A stretch of 64,000 bases of DNA from Ignavibacteriota bacterium (lineage in GTDB: Bacteria > Bacteroidota > Ignavibacteria > UBA10030), in the NCBI GenBank assembly GCA_963790045.1, contig CAWBMS010000010.1, forward strand, positions 57,228-121,227, given 5' to 3'. The notes under the pieces were generated by a model, which made no database searches, was not told the DNA's origin, and saw nothing but the letters and a program-made list of their open reading frames with translations. Positions 42,300 through 51,979 of the stretch are shown here, piece after piece. Every line of letters begins with the position of its first letter. Within the stretch, counting starts at the first letter, position 1. Made by a program: the position numbers and the translations under genes.

Positions 42300-42902
42300 A
42301 TGAGAATCGGTATTTTTGGCGGTACATTCGATCCGCCGCACATCGCGCATTTGATTATTGCTGAGCAGGCAATTCAGCAGCTTCAGTTGGATGTTGTCTA
42401 TTTTGTGCCGGCAAATATTCCGCCTCATAAAACATATCATGCTTTTGTTTCTGCAAACCATCGTTGGCAGATGGTACGAAAAGCAATCGCAGGCAATACG
42501 AAATTCCGTGCGTCCGATATAGAACTGAAACGCAAAGGTATTTCTTATACGGTGGATACATTGCTCGCATTTAAAGAACGATATCCAAAATCAAATTTGT
42601 TTCTTATTCTTGGCGGCGACAATTATCAACAATTCCATTCGTGGAAGTCTCCGAAAGAAATTCTATCGCACGCTACGCTGGTTGTCTATCATCGTCCAGG
42701 TGTGAAAGAAAATCGAAAATCATTGAACGATGGCGTCGTTTTTCTTCAAGGTGCAAAGTTTGAACTTTCATCGACCATGATTCGCGAACAACTGAAACGT
42801 GGTGAATCGATTAAATATCTTGTATCACCGGCTGTGGAGCAGTACATTCAAAAGAGATCACTCTATAAACACAGCGGTCGAACAAAGAAAGTATCGACAT
42901 GA
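42300..42902 (+). CDS. nadD: nicotinate-nucleotide adenylyltransferase
   Basis: [18 protein letters not shown] (HxGH-type motif) and ...ISSTMIRE-like [14 protein letters not shown] 42300 is preferred over the ORF-track start at 42192. Confidence 0.9.
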   Translation: MRIGIFGGTFDPPHIAHLIIAEQAIQQLQLDVVYFVPANIPPHKTYHAFVSANHRWQMVRKAIAGNTKFRASDIELKRKGISYTVDTLLAFKERYPKSNLFLILGGDNYQQFHSWKSPKEILSHATLVVYHRPGVKENRKSLNDGVVFLQGAKFELSSTMIREQLKRGESIKYLVSPAVEQYIQKRSLYKHSGRTKKVST

Positions 42903-45103
42903 AACACTCTCTTGCAATAGAAGAATTTTATCGCATTGTTCGTACAGAACATCATGATCCGTTTTCTGTTCTCGGTGCACATTGTGTCGAGGTTGAAAAG
43001 AAACCCGCGATTGCCATTCGTGCTTTTTTGCCGGATGCAGCGACAGCCGTTGTTCTTGATCTTCTTCGGCAGCAAGAATATGCGATGACAAAAATTATGC
43101 CGGAAGGATTGTTTGAAGTTGTCGTTCCGAATGTCCGTGAAATATTTATATATAAACTGAAAGTTGCATGGTCATCCGGCGTAACATCAGAATTTTATGA
43201 TCCGTATTCATTTCTTCCTACGCTGACAGATTTCGATATTTATTTGTTTAATGCCGGCGATCATCATCGCATTTATGAAAAGCTTGGCGCTCACCCGATG
43301 GAAGTGAACGGAATTGACGGTGTGCGATTTGCTGTATGGGCTCCCAGTGCGCGCAGTGTGAGTGTGATCGGTGAATTTAATTTTTGGGATAGGCAAAGAC
43401 ATGCAATGCGTGTCCTCGGCTCATCGGGTGTATGGGAAATATTTATTCCCGGTATAAGCGGCGGTGAATTGTATAAATTCCAGATTAAAACGCAGGCAAA
43501 TATAATTTTAGACAAAGCGGATCCTTATGCTACAGAGGTGGAATTGCGACCGCGAACCGCATCGCGCGTGAATGCGTTGGAGGGATATTCATGGGATGAT
43601 GCGGAATGGATTCAACGGCGAACCCAATCAGATCATCTTGGCGAACCTATTTCTGTGTACGAAGTGCATCTTGGATCGTGGTCCAGAGTACCGGAAGAAA
43701 AGAATCGCTGGCTAACGTATCGTGAACTTGCCGACCGCTTGATTCCTTATGTAAAAGAACAGGGATTTACTCACATAGAACTTTTGCCGGTAATGGAACA
43801 TCCGTTTGACGGTTCGTGGGGATATCAAGTAACAGGATATTTTGCGGCTACCAGCCGCTTCGGAAGCCCGCAAGATTTTATGTTCTTTGTCGATCAATGC
43901 CATCAACACAACGTTGGCGTGCTGCTGGATTGGGTGCCGGCACATTTTCCCAAAGATGCGTTTGCTCTCGGCGAATTTGACGGAACACATTTGTACGAAC
44001 ATGCCGATCCGAAAAAAGGCGAACATCAGGATTGGGGCACATATATTTTCAATTATGGACGCAATGAAGTACAAAATTTTCTATTGAGCAATGCTTTGTT
44101 CTGGATAGAAAAATATCATATCGACGGATTACGCATCGATGCAGTTGCTTCGATGTTGTATCTCGATTATTCGCGCAAAGCAGGGGAGTGGATTCCCAAT
44201 CAATATGGCGGCAGAGAAAATTTAGAAGCAATAGCGTTCCTAAAAAAAATGAACCGTCTTATCCATCAATATTATTCCGGTGTATTGACAATTGCCGAAG
44301 AATCGACCGCATGGCCAGGTGTGACGAATAATATCGAAAGCGGCGGACTTGGATTCAGTATGAAATGGAATATGGGCTGGATGCATGATATGCTGCTCTA
44401 TTTTTCCAAGGAACCAGTGTATCGATCCTATCACCATAATAATCTTACGTTTGCATTACTGTACGCGTTCACGGAACGATTTCTTCTTCCGCTCTCACAC
44501 GATGAAGTAGTTCATGGAAAATCATCGCTCCTGAATAAAATGCCGCGAGACGATTGGCAGAAATTCGCTAACCTTCGGTTGTTATACGGTTTGATGTTCG
44601 GATTTCCAGGGAAAAAATTGTTATTCATGGGATCGGAATTCGGGCAGCGCGATGAATGGAATTATGAACGCTCGCTTGATTGGCATCTCTTGCAATATGC
44701 GCCGCATAGCGGATTGCAGCGGTGGGTAAAAGATTTAAATGCGGTCTATTCTCGCGAAAGCGCATTGCATCAAGTGGATTTTAGTTACAGCGGATTTGAA
44801 TGGATTGATTTTCAGGATGCGCCCAATAGCGTTATTTCATTCATCAGAAAGTCTGCGAACGGTAGCGATAAAATAATTGTTGTGTGTAATTTTACACCGG
44901 TCCCGCGTAGGAATTATCGCGTCGGTGTTCCTGACGTCGGAACATATTTGGAAATCTTGAACAGCGATTCTGAATTTTATAATGGAAGCAATATGGGCAA
45001 TGCCGGTGCGATAACCGCAGAAGCCATTCCACAGCACGGCAGAGAATTTTCGATCAATCTCACACTGCCGCCGCTTGCTGCAATATTTCTGAAACATGTT
45101 TAG
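42899..45103 (+). CDS. glgB: 1,4-alpha-glucan branching enzyme
   Basis: 734-aa ORF with GH13 catalytic regions ([45 protein letters not shown]). Confidence 0.94.
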   Translation: MKHSLAIEEFYRIVRTEHHDPFSVLGAHCVEVEKKPAIAIRAFLPDAATAVVLDLLRQQEYAMTKIMPEGLFEVVVPNVREIFIYKLKVAWSSGVTSEFYDPYSFLPTLTDFDIYLFNAGDHHRIYEKLGAHPMEVNGIDGVRFAVWAPSARSVSVIGEFNFWDRQRHAMRVLGSSGVWEIFIPGISGGELYKFQIKTQANIILDKADPYATEVELRPRTASRVNALEGYSWDDAEWIQRRTQSDHLGEPISVYEVHLGSWSRVPEEKNRWLTYRELADRLIPYVKEQGFTHIELLPVMEHPFDGSWGYQVTGYFAATSRFGSPQDFMFFVDQCHQHNVGVLLDWVPAHFPKDAFALGEFDGTHLYEHADPKKGEHQDWGTYIFNYGRNEVQNFLLSNALFWIEKYHIDGLRIDAVASMLYLDYSRKAGEWIPNQYGGRENLEAIAFLKKMNRLIHQYYSGVLTIAEESTAWPGVTNNIESGGLGFSMKWNMGWMHDMLLYFSKEPVYRSYHHNNLTFALLYAFTERFLLPLSHDEVVHGKSSLLNKMPRDDWQKFANLRLLYGLMFGFPGKKLLFMGSEFGQRDEWNYERSLDWHLLQYAPHSGLQRWVKDLNAVYSRESALHQVDFSYSGFEWIDFQDAPNSVISFIRKSANGSDKIIVVCNFTPVPRRNYRVGVPDVGTYLEILNSDSEFYNGSNMGNAGAITAEAIPQHGREFSINLTLPPLAAIFLKHV

Positions 45104-45319
45104 CGCTGTATTGAAATAAAAGTTGAAAAAAATAGGTGAATAGATTATATAGTTAATAGAACCTATCTCAAAAATAGCGGTAGATTCATCCGGAACTTGC
45201 CGAAGGATGACACCTGCACCAGTCAATCTTCGACAGGATTCTAATGATTGGCTTCGAAAACATTATTGAGATGCTTCTATGCAGTTAACAATTCCACTAA
45301 CATCCGAATACAATATCTT

Positions 45320-46925
45320 ATGTCAGAACCTATAACATCCCAACCTGCAAGTGATGAAACTGTTTTTAAAAAAACATGGAATGAAATCACGCAACCCTTT
45401 ATCGATTTGATTCATGCGCCGCGCGCGTTGTGGGGTGTGAACCTCGCCTACACGATTGAAGGATTATCGGTCCTTCGGCATTCTTACGTATCTCGCCATT
45501 CATTTTTCCGATTTTATTTTCAAAGGTGTTCCGCATGCCGATGTGTGGTCGCATGAAATGGTCATGGTGCTGACGGCAGGAATTGCAATTGCAATGGTCG
45601 TGCTGGGATTTGTGCCTGATAAATACGGCGTTCGGTTTGCATTGATTTTTTCGTTTGCGTTTTTACTTGCAGGAAGATTGTTGATGTCTGCTGCACCGAC
45701 AATTTTCGGATTGCAGCCGAACGGTGTGTGGTCGCCGTTGCATTTGATTACAATGGCCGGAATAATGTTGATTGTTATCGGCTACGGTGTGTATCAACCT
45801 GCGGCGTATGCTGCTGTGCGACAGTTCACGAATCCCAAGACAGCATCGATGGCGTATGCAATGTTGTACGCTTTGATGAATGCCGGTTCTTCGCTTGCGA
45901 TGCTAGCATTTTTATTCCGCGATGAAAAATTTTTAGGATTGGGTATTAACGGAACTTTTTGGGTCTATACGGTGCTCACGTTAATGTCGTTAGTCGTTAC
46001 GATTGGTTTCCTATCACGAAAAACTGTTGCAAAAGCAATCGCAAGCGCAAAAGAAGAAACCGCTGCAATTGAGAAAGTTGAAGCTGCGCAAGGCGCAAAG
46101 AAGGAAGAACCAAAACCTGTTATCGCGGACGATGATCTCAAAGTCCCGCTTGCAGCATGGATTGTTCTGGCGGGAATATTGGCGGCAATCATTTTTCGCG
46201 TCCCTTCTCCGTGGAGTTATTACGCGTCTGCTGTGGTGATTTTGTTTCCCGCTATCGTGTCGGTTTTGCCAAAACGATTTCGCACACCTATCGTAAAGTG
46301 GGTGGCAACACATCCGCTTTCCGACATTCGATTCTTCTTCTTTATCTTTGCTCTCATGCCGGTGCAAACGTTATTCACGTACAACTGGCTTGTGCTGCCG
46401 CAATATATTTCTCGTGCGTACAGCGGATGGATCGGCGAATATTATGAGGTTGCTTCCAATGCAAATCCCATTTTAATTTTTATTCTTGTGCCTGTGATTA
46501 CAGCGCTGACGTATAAAAAAAATGTGTACAACATGATGATCATCGGAACCTTGGTTATGAGTTCCTCGGCATTTATTCTCGCGCTCGGTGCGAGTCCGTT
46601 GACGTTGTGCGGATATATTTTGATGATGACGGTGGGTGAAGCCATGTGGTCGGCAAGATTTTTACAGTACGCAACCGAGATTGCACCGCCGGAACGTGCG
46701 GGACAATATCAGGGTGTCGCGCAATTGCCTTGGTTCCTGACAAAATTTCTTGTGCCGCTGTTGTATTCAGGACAAATGATGGAACGCTATTGCCCTGCCG
46801 ATGGTTCAAAGGATACAGGATCGATGTGGTTTATTTTTGGATTGATAGCGATCATCAGTCCGATAGCGTTGTGGCTTTCACGCCGCTGGATGTTAAAAGG
46901 ATTTAAGGTGAAACACGAAGGATGA
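45320..46925 (+). pseudogene. MFS-type transporter; one frame break near the 5' end
   Basis: ATG 45320: MSEPITSQPAS...APRALWGVNLAYTIEGLSV then, in the +1 frame, FGILTYLAIHFSDFIF... (ORF 45456-46925, ~12 TM segments). Break at CC 45472-45473. Confidence 0.75.
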
Positions 46926-47447
46926 ACGCGTTGCTGAAATATTTTGTACGCCAATGGAAGATTCTTGCGGCAATAGCGGTAGTCATTGTTCTTGCGATTG
47001 CAGTGTATAAGGTTGTCCATCAAAAAGAACTTCCGCTGCTGCCGGCATCCATTCTTCATCTTGCATTAACGAATGAAATTCATGGCGAAGCAGCACGTCA
47101 GCAGATAAATTCGATGCATGGCAAAAACGTTACACCCGAAGAAAATGAGATAGGAACGTACAGTTTCCCCGGATGGAAGCGGAACGCTTTACATCTCACT
47201 TTACGGATCAATAAAAGATGCACAAACTGCTTGTGACACGATGGAAGATGCTATAGCTCGCGACAATGCTGTGTTCACACATTTCCGAAAGATCAATGCA
47301 GGTGGAGAACACTATGCAATATGCCTTGGCAATGGGAAAGCACATTATTTTTTTGTGCATCATGATATTCTGTATTGGTGGTCAGTAGATAATCCTGTGG
47401 CGCAGGCAAGTTTTCGGGATTTGCTCAAGCGTACACAAACACAATAA
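46922..47447 (+). pseudogene. membrane-anchored protein of unknown function; one frame break
   Basis: ORF 46922-47236 (N-terminal TM ILAAIAVVIVLAIAVY) reads ...TPEENEIGTY. The +1 frame is open from 47154: (V)SPDGSGTLYISLYGSIKDAQTACDTMEDAIARDNAVF... to 47447. Break in TTTCCCC at 47164-47170. Confidence 0.55.
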
Positions 47448-47461
47448 TAGGTTTTATTTTT

Positions 47462-48226
47462 ATGTTACTTGGTGTTGTTCAAACGAATCCTGCATTTGGA
47501 GCAGTGACTCAAAATATCGAACGAGCGCTTTCGTTGATGGAACGCGATCATGCAGATTTGTACGTGCTGCCGGAATTATTTAACTGCGGCTATAATTTTA
47601 TCGACGCTCAAGAATTACAAGCGTATGCGGAGCCGGCGGAAGGAACAACGTTCCAGAGTTTATACCGCTGGGCAAAAAGCCATCAAAGTTTTGTGGTGTA
47701 CGGATTTGCAGAACGTTCTGATGTGTTATACAATTCTGCTGCCGTCGTTGGTCCTGATGGATTGATCGGTGTGTACCGCAAGGTGCATTTGTTCGACCGT
47801 GAGAAATTATTTTTTGTGCCGGGGAATTTTGGATTCCCTGTCTTTGATCTTCCGTTTGGAAAAATCGGTGTGATGATTTGTTTCGATTGGTTCTTCCCTG
47901 AATCTGCAAGAACGCTTGCCTTGAAGGGTGCACAGATCATTGCGCATCCGGCAAATCTTGTACTGCCGCATTGCCCCGAGGCAATGATTACGCGCAGTCT
48001 GGAAAATCATGTTTTCACTGCGACGGCAAATCGCATCGGCAGGGAAGACCGTGGCGGGAATGATTTGCATTTTATCGGGATGAGCCAGATTGTTGCACAT
48101 AATGGAGCGCTTCTTACACAATTAGGAACGGATGAAGAAAGAATTTCTGTCGTTGAAATCGATCCGCAGCGTGCCAATGATAAATCCATCAATAGTCGGA
48201 ACAATATATTTGAATTGCCGAATTGA
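47462..48226 (+). CDS. carbon-nitrogen hydrolase (nitrilase superfamily)
   Basis: 254-aa ORF with the Glu-Lys-Cys triad context: YVLPELF, YRKVHLF, GVMICFDWFFPE. Confidence 0.88.
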   Translation: MLLGVVQTNPAFGAVTQNIERALSLMERDHADLYVLPELFNCGYNFIDAQELQAYAEPAEGTTFQSLYRWAKSHQSFVVYGFAERSDVLYNSAAVVGPDGLIGVYRKVHLFDREKLFFVPGNFGFPVFDLPFGKIGVMICFDWFFPESARTLALKGAQIIAHPANLVLPHCPEAMITRSLENHVFTATANRIGREDRGGNDLHFIGMSQIVAHNGALLTQLGTDEERISVVEIDPQRANDKSINSRNNIFELPN

Positions 48227-48531
48227 TAATTTTCGATTGCAGATGGAAATTTTCAATGGAAAATGTGATTGCCGGCACGAACTGAATCTCAGCCGAAATA
48301 TTTCGTTGATTTTTATCGAAAAAAAAATTACAATTATACAAGAATTAAAAGTTACAAAAAAACGCAAAATTGGAATTTTAGGTGTCAGATTTGTAACCGA
48401 CGGCGACAGGAGTATTGAAGAAGAATTAACACATTAGAAATTACGCTTTGAAATGCCGCAGAGTGTACCGTGCAGCGTTTTTTCTTGCATAAGTGATCGG
48501 AATATTTTTTTTCGGGTAATGCTGTAAAAAT

Positions 48532-49086
48532 ATGGAACACAACAATCTTTTGCTGCAACAGCAGTGGCTTGTAATTTATACGCGAGCGCGCCACGAAAAG
48601 GTTGTGCATCAAGAGCTGAGTGAACGGGGCATTGAATCCTTCCTGCCGATGATGCGGCAGTGCCGCCAGTGGAGCGACCGCAAAAAATGGATCGATGTGC
48701 CGATGTTTTCTTCGTACCTGTTTGTCCATCCAAACCCGTTGCAGCGAGAGCAAGTGCTGAGGGTGCCTGGTGCTGTGCGATACATCATGTTCAACGGTAG
48801 AAAAGCCGTCGTTCAGGATTGCGAAATCGCATTCCTTCGCCGCGCCCAATTACAAGAAACGCAAATTGAAATAGTGCCGCAATTGTATAACAAAGAGCAG
48901 CAAGTTGTGATTACAAGCGGCGCGTTTCAAGGATTTAAAGGAAGATTGCTGCGTTCATATTCCGATGGAAGAATAGCCGTTGGTATTGAGGAAATAGGAT
49001 ATTCGATTATTATACAGAACACAAAGGAAGGTTGTTTGTCTTCAGATGCTCTTCACTCTGAAGAATCAGTAACATTAGCTTTGTAA
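48532..49086 (+). CDS. UpxY-family (NusG-like) locus-specific transcription antiterminator
   Basis: 184-aa ORF. WLVIYTRARHEKVVHQELSERGIESFLPMMRQCRQWSDRKKWIDVPMFSSYLFV is the hallmark UpxY NGN domain. KOW-like VVITSGAFQGFKGRLL follows. Confidence 0.88.
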   Translation: MEHNNLLLQQQWLVIYTRARHEKVVHQELSERGIESFLPMMRQCRQWSDRKKWIDVPMFSSYLFVHPNPLQREQVLRVPGAVRYIMFNGRKAVVQDCEIAFLRRAQLQETQIEIVPQLYNKEQQVVITSGAFQGFKGRLLRSYSDGRIAVGIEEIGYSIIIQNTKEGCLSSDALHSEESVTLAL

Positions 49087-49225
49087 CAGTTGTAGTAAAA
49101 CATTCGAATTATTACATCATTGATTTGTTGATGCGGTCGGTTAGCAACCAATGACTTATGCCCTGTAGGCCTCAAATGGGACTGAGAGGGCGAAGCCATG
49201 GGAAGGATGAATGATGAGTGAAGAA

Positions 49226-49298
49226 GTTAGAAGATAAAAGGTAAAATGGTAGATGGTTGGTTCGTTCAATGTTCAAGGTGCAACGTTCGATGCTCAAT
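49226..49298 (+). repeat. left copy of a ~75-bp direct repeat bracketing vapBC (C-depleted segment + GTTCRAN heptamer run)
   Basis: GTTAGAAGATAAAAGGTAAAATGGTAGATGGTTGG is followed by heptamers gttcaat/gttcaag/gtgcaac/gttcgat/gctcaat. It aligns at roughly 80% (by eye) with 50130-50208. About 66 nt (49197-49262) contain no C. Confidence 0.8.
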
Positions 49299-49387
49299 AT
49301 CCAGCGTGAAAACTTAGTGCCTTTACTTGAACACATTATTTCGGAGAATGCCCGTTATTTTCCGTTGACTTTCTGAGATATTCATTG

Positions 49388-49407
49388 TATATACATAATA
49401 GTATATA
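49388..49407 (+). promoter_or_regulatory. palindromic candidate operator upstream of vapB
   Basis: TATATAC (49388-49394) and GTATATA (49401-49407) form a perfect inverted repeat with a 6-nt spacer, 15 nt before the vapB ATG. Confidence 0.5.
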
Positions 49408-49421
49408 TAAAATGGAGTCCG

Positions 49422-49652
49422 ATGCAAACAGTAAAAATTATTAAAAACGGTGGAAGCCAGGCAATCCGATTACCACGATTGTATAGGATCAAAGGGAAAG
49501 AAGCATATATCAAGAAAGTGCCGGAAGGTATTCTTGTGATGGAAAAAAATGACCTCTGGACAGCGTTTGAAAAATGCTTAGAGGATTTTCCTGTAGACTT
49601 TTTGAAAGCGAGAAGGAAACAACGAAATCAAAAACGGCGGATCCTTGAATGA
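49422..49652 (+). CDS. vapB: type II antitoxin VapB (AbrB/SpoVT-fold)
   Basis: 76-aa ORF. MQTVKIIKNGGSQAIRLPRLYRI... is the AbrB/MazE-type swapped-hairpin N-terminus. Overlaps vapC by 4 nt (ATGA). Confidence 0.88.
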   Translation: MQTVKIIKNGGSQAIRLPRLYRIKGKEAYIKKVPEGILVMEKNDLWTAFEKCLEDFPVDFLKARRKQRNQKRRILE

Positions 49653-50047
49653 GGTATTTGCTCGATACGGATATTTGTTCCTATATCATTCGCAAACGGC
49701 CAAAAAGTCTTATTGAGAAGTTTAAAACTCTTTCACTCGGAGAGATAGGGATTTCCGTCATTACCGTATGCGAATTTGAATCAGGAATTCCAGGAAGTAA
49801 TCAACCGGAGAAATTACGGTCAGCAATAAATACATTCCTTGCGCCCTTTAGTATTATTGACTTCCAACAAACCGATGCTGTTTCTTTCGGCATCGTTGAT
49901 TCCTATCTCCAGGCGAAGGGAACACCGATTGGAGATATGGATACGATGATTGCATCCCAGGCGTTATCCCGTGGACTAATATTGGTGAGCAATAATGTTA
50001 AACATTATTCACGAGTTCCTCACTTATCGTATGAATCATGGAAATAA
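49649..50047 (+). CDS. vapC: type II toxin VapC (PIN-domain ribonuclease)
   Basis: 132-aa ORF. MRYLLDTDICSYII (first acidic residue), ...TVCEFESG..., ...IGDMDTMIASQAL (PIN acidic residues). Confidence 0.9.
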   Translation: MRYLLDTDICSYIIRKRPKSLIEKFKTLSLGEIGISVITVCEFESGIPGSNQPEKLRSAINTFLAPFSIIDFQQTDAVSFGIVDSYLQAKGTPIGDMDTMIASQALSRGLILVSNNVKHYSRVPHLSYESWK

Positions 50048-50129
50048 TAACATTCGTTCTTGAGAAAGACGGATTAGGCGTTACGAAATGGTTTATTGCC
50101 GACTGGTAATTGTAAATTCAATAACAAGA

Positions 50130-50208
50130 GTTAGAAGGTAAACGGTAAATGTTAGATGGTTGTTTTGTTCATCGTTCGAAGTTCAACGTTCGACGTTCAA
50201 GGTTTGAT
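50130..50208 (+). repeat. right copy of the ~75-bp direct repeat bracketing vapBC
   Basis: GTTAGAAGGTAAACGGTAAATGTTAGATGGTTG is followed by heptamers gttcatc/gttcgaa/gttcaac/gttcgac/gttcaag/gtttgat. Same orientation as 49226-49298, 904 bp away. Confidence 0.8.
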
Positions 50209-50315
50209 GTGTGCTGGAAAAAAATAATGGTGAATCGTTCAACGGTAATTCGATTTAGAATTGTACAACTCAACTTTTACGATGAGAATGCAGTTTTCAT
50301 TATGGTTCTTCTAAC

Positions 50316-50505
50316 CTTTTTGTTGTTATTACAACTTTTGTCTTGTTATTGAAAAATTCATTGTAGTGATTACAACTTTTCAAGTTAGAATCACTATCTT
50401 TTTGTTGTTCTTACAACTTATTTTTTGTTATTGATAAATTCATTGTAGTAATTACAACTTTTGTGTTGAAATCGCAGCTTTTTTGTTGTTATTACAAAAT
50501 TTTGC
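50316..50505 (+). repeat. 82-bp tandem repeat, ~2.3 copies, each unit built from two ~41-bp hairpin-containing half-units
   Basis: Units start at 50316, 50398 and 50478 (CTTTTTGTTGTTaTTACAACTT...TTGTTATTGAaAAATTCATTGTAGTgATTACAACTTTT...). Small hairpins GTTGT-TATT-ACAAC and TTGTA-GTGAT-TACAA are each followed by CTTTT. The TTACAAC core recurs about every 41 bp, with a further degenerate copy at ~50262. Confidence 0.85.
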
Positions 50506-50728
50506 CAAAATATGGCGATTTTAATGAAGAAAAAGATATATACACTTCCAGCATCATTATTATAATCGGAATGGGCTTTCAGAAAAGCCGCCGGAGTGAA
50601 TAAGAAATTAATAATTTAAAATAATATCGGTTTTTGTGAAAAAATATGTTTGCATTTATCGAAGAGAAGGTTTAATTTTCAACGAGATATGTAAATAACT
50701 CACGTTATGCAAAGCGCAAAAAGAACAC

Positions 50729-51091
50729 TGTCATTCCCAGCCGGAGGCCTAACATCGTATCGCGCTAAGCACGACACATTCTTATGCTTCCAGATAGCGG
50801 GAATCCAGAAAACTGGATGCCCGACTAAAGCACTCGGGCATGACAACTTTATTTTTATAGACGCTGTTCTTACCGTGCGTAACATCAGTAAATAAGAAGC
50901 AAGAAGAAGCCATTGCAAAAACAGTTTTTGTCATCATCTTGGATTATCGCAGAGTGAAAATTGAACGGAGCAGAATGAAGAGAAAAAATTGATTAGCAGA
51001 ATCGGCTGAATCGCGTGTAATTAAATCAACATCCCCTGTTCTGAATTCCCGCTTTTCCCAAAGGGATCACTTTCGTGATGCGGGAATGACA
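50729..51091. repeat. MITE/REP-like inverted-repeat element(s): TGTCATTCCC ... GGGAATGACA
   Basis: TGTCATTCCC (50729-50738) is the perfect reverse complement of GGGAATGACA (51082-51091). A 9/10 copy, GGGCATGACA, lies at 50836-50845. Internal hairpins: ATCCAG-AAAA-CTGGAT (50803-50818), GCCCGA...TCGGGC (50819-50839), ATTCCCGC...GCGGGAAT (51045-51087). No credible ORF. Confidence 0.65.
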
Positions 51092-51220
51092 ACGTCCCAA
51101 TGTACCGGGATCGGGGTTTTGGACCCAACAGAGAATAAACATCGATCATTGTGAACAACGTATTGTGTTATAGGATCAAAGGTCAACAAAACTTTCAACC
51201 AACAAGAAAGGTGAGGGACT

Positions 51221-51955
51221 ATGACAAACAATCATAAAAACAAACTTGCGATGATCAAAGCCGTGATTGCCTATCTGCTGACATACACGGCGATTCTCGA
51301 TTTGCTGCCTGCACTGAAACGGGCGTTGACACGCCTGCAGGGCATTGCCAGTAATATCGATGATGCTGTTATCGAACAAAATAATTCTGTGGCGGGCGTG
51401 TTAGATGCGCGCGATGATGCGGAAGAAGTGCTGATCGGGCTGGCCGATGAAGTGAGTTCCGCTCTTGCCGCTTATGCCAGCGAAAATAAATTGCCGGAAG
51501 TGTTTGCGATCTGCAGCATCAAGCGCAGGAAGTTGGAAGGGATGTCCAACATCGAGTTAGTGCAGAAAGCAAAAGCGATCAACACGCTGGCAAAGCAATA
51601 TGCACAACAGATCGTGGAATTCGGCGCCACCGCAGAGAAGCTTGCGGCATTGGAGCCGGCGATTACAGCGTTCGAAGCGTCTGTCGGAAAATTTACCACC
51701 GGCTTGGATACACGCTCGGGCGCCGTTTCATCACTCAAAACGATGTTCCGTCAGGCGGATGAGGAACTGAAAGAGCGGATGGACGAGATCGTGAATAACA
51801 TCAAAGACAAGGAGCCGCAATTTTTCGTCGGCTACAAAACGGCGCGTGTGATACACGATATGGGCGGCGGGCATGGAGGAAGTGGAACAGGCGGCACGAC
51901 ACCTCCAACGGATACACCGAAGACACCGCCGACAACGGGCGGAACGCCGAAGTAA
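51221..51955 (+). CDS. hypothetical protein, predicted all-helical with G/T/P-rich C-terminal tail
   Basis: 244-aa ORF with AGGTGAGGG 6-8 nt upstream of the ATG. Tail reads GGGHGGSGTGGTTPPTDTPKTPPTTGGTPK. No family recognised. Noticeably more GC-rich than its surroundings (by eye). Confidence 0.6.
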   Translation: MTNNHKNKLAMIKAVIAYLLTYTAILDLLPALKRALTRLQGIASNIDDAVIEQNNSVAGVLDARDDAEEVLIGLADEVSSALAAYASENKLPEVFAICSIKRRKLEGMSNIELVQKAKAINTLAKQYAQQIVEFGATAEKLAALEPAITAFEASVGKFTTGLDTRSGAVSSLKTMFRQADEELKERMDEIVNNIKDKEPQFFVGYKTARVIHDMGGGHGGSGTGGTTPPTDTPKTPPTTGGTPK

Positions 51956-51979
51956 ATCACATTCCTATAACGCAATACG

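Noticed and set aside
41971-42303. 110-aa ORF between corC and nadD whose middle (LSLGQGGTLLLSVISIKLITTIGTHDYGIY) faintly recalls the N-terminus of Wzx-type flippases
   Set aside because: It is too short, rests on resemblance from memory only, overlaps the nadD start, and has no ribosome-binding context. It is not reported as a gene or a relic.
48294-48305. Perfect 12-bp palindrome CGAAATATTTCG upstream of upxY as a candidate operator
   Set aside because: It is a single AT-rich palindrome in an AT-rich spacer, with no second copy and no recognisable promoter elements around it. The evidence is insufficient.
49278-50198. AACGTTCGA cores inside both vapBC-flanking repeats resemble the ARACGTWCGT inverted repeats of Bacteroides invertible capsule promoters
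   Set aside because: The match is only 8/10. The two copies are in direct rather than inverted orientation, and the enclosed DNA holds vapBC rather than a promoter. No invertase gene is nearby. The resemblance is probably a by-product of the GTTCRAN heptamers.
50316-50505. Possible CRISPR array
   Set aside because: The inter-repeat segments are themselves conserved between units, so this is a true tandem duplication. The period of the core motif is only ~41 bp, there are no unique spacers, and no cas genes are in the window.
50149-50918. ORF-track entries 50149-50352, 50700-50918 and 50707-50895
   Set aside because: They run through the heptamer repeat, the tandem array or the inverted-repeat debris. 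Their sequences (for example FNVRRSRFDV, SFPAGGLTSY) are translation artefacts of repeats.
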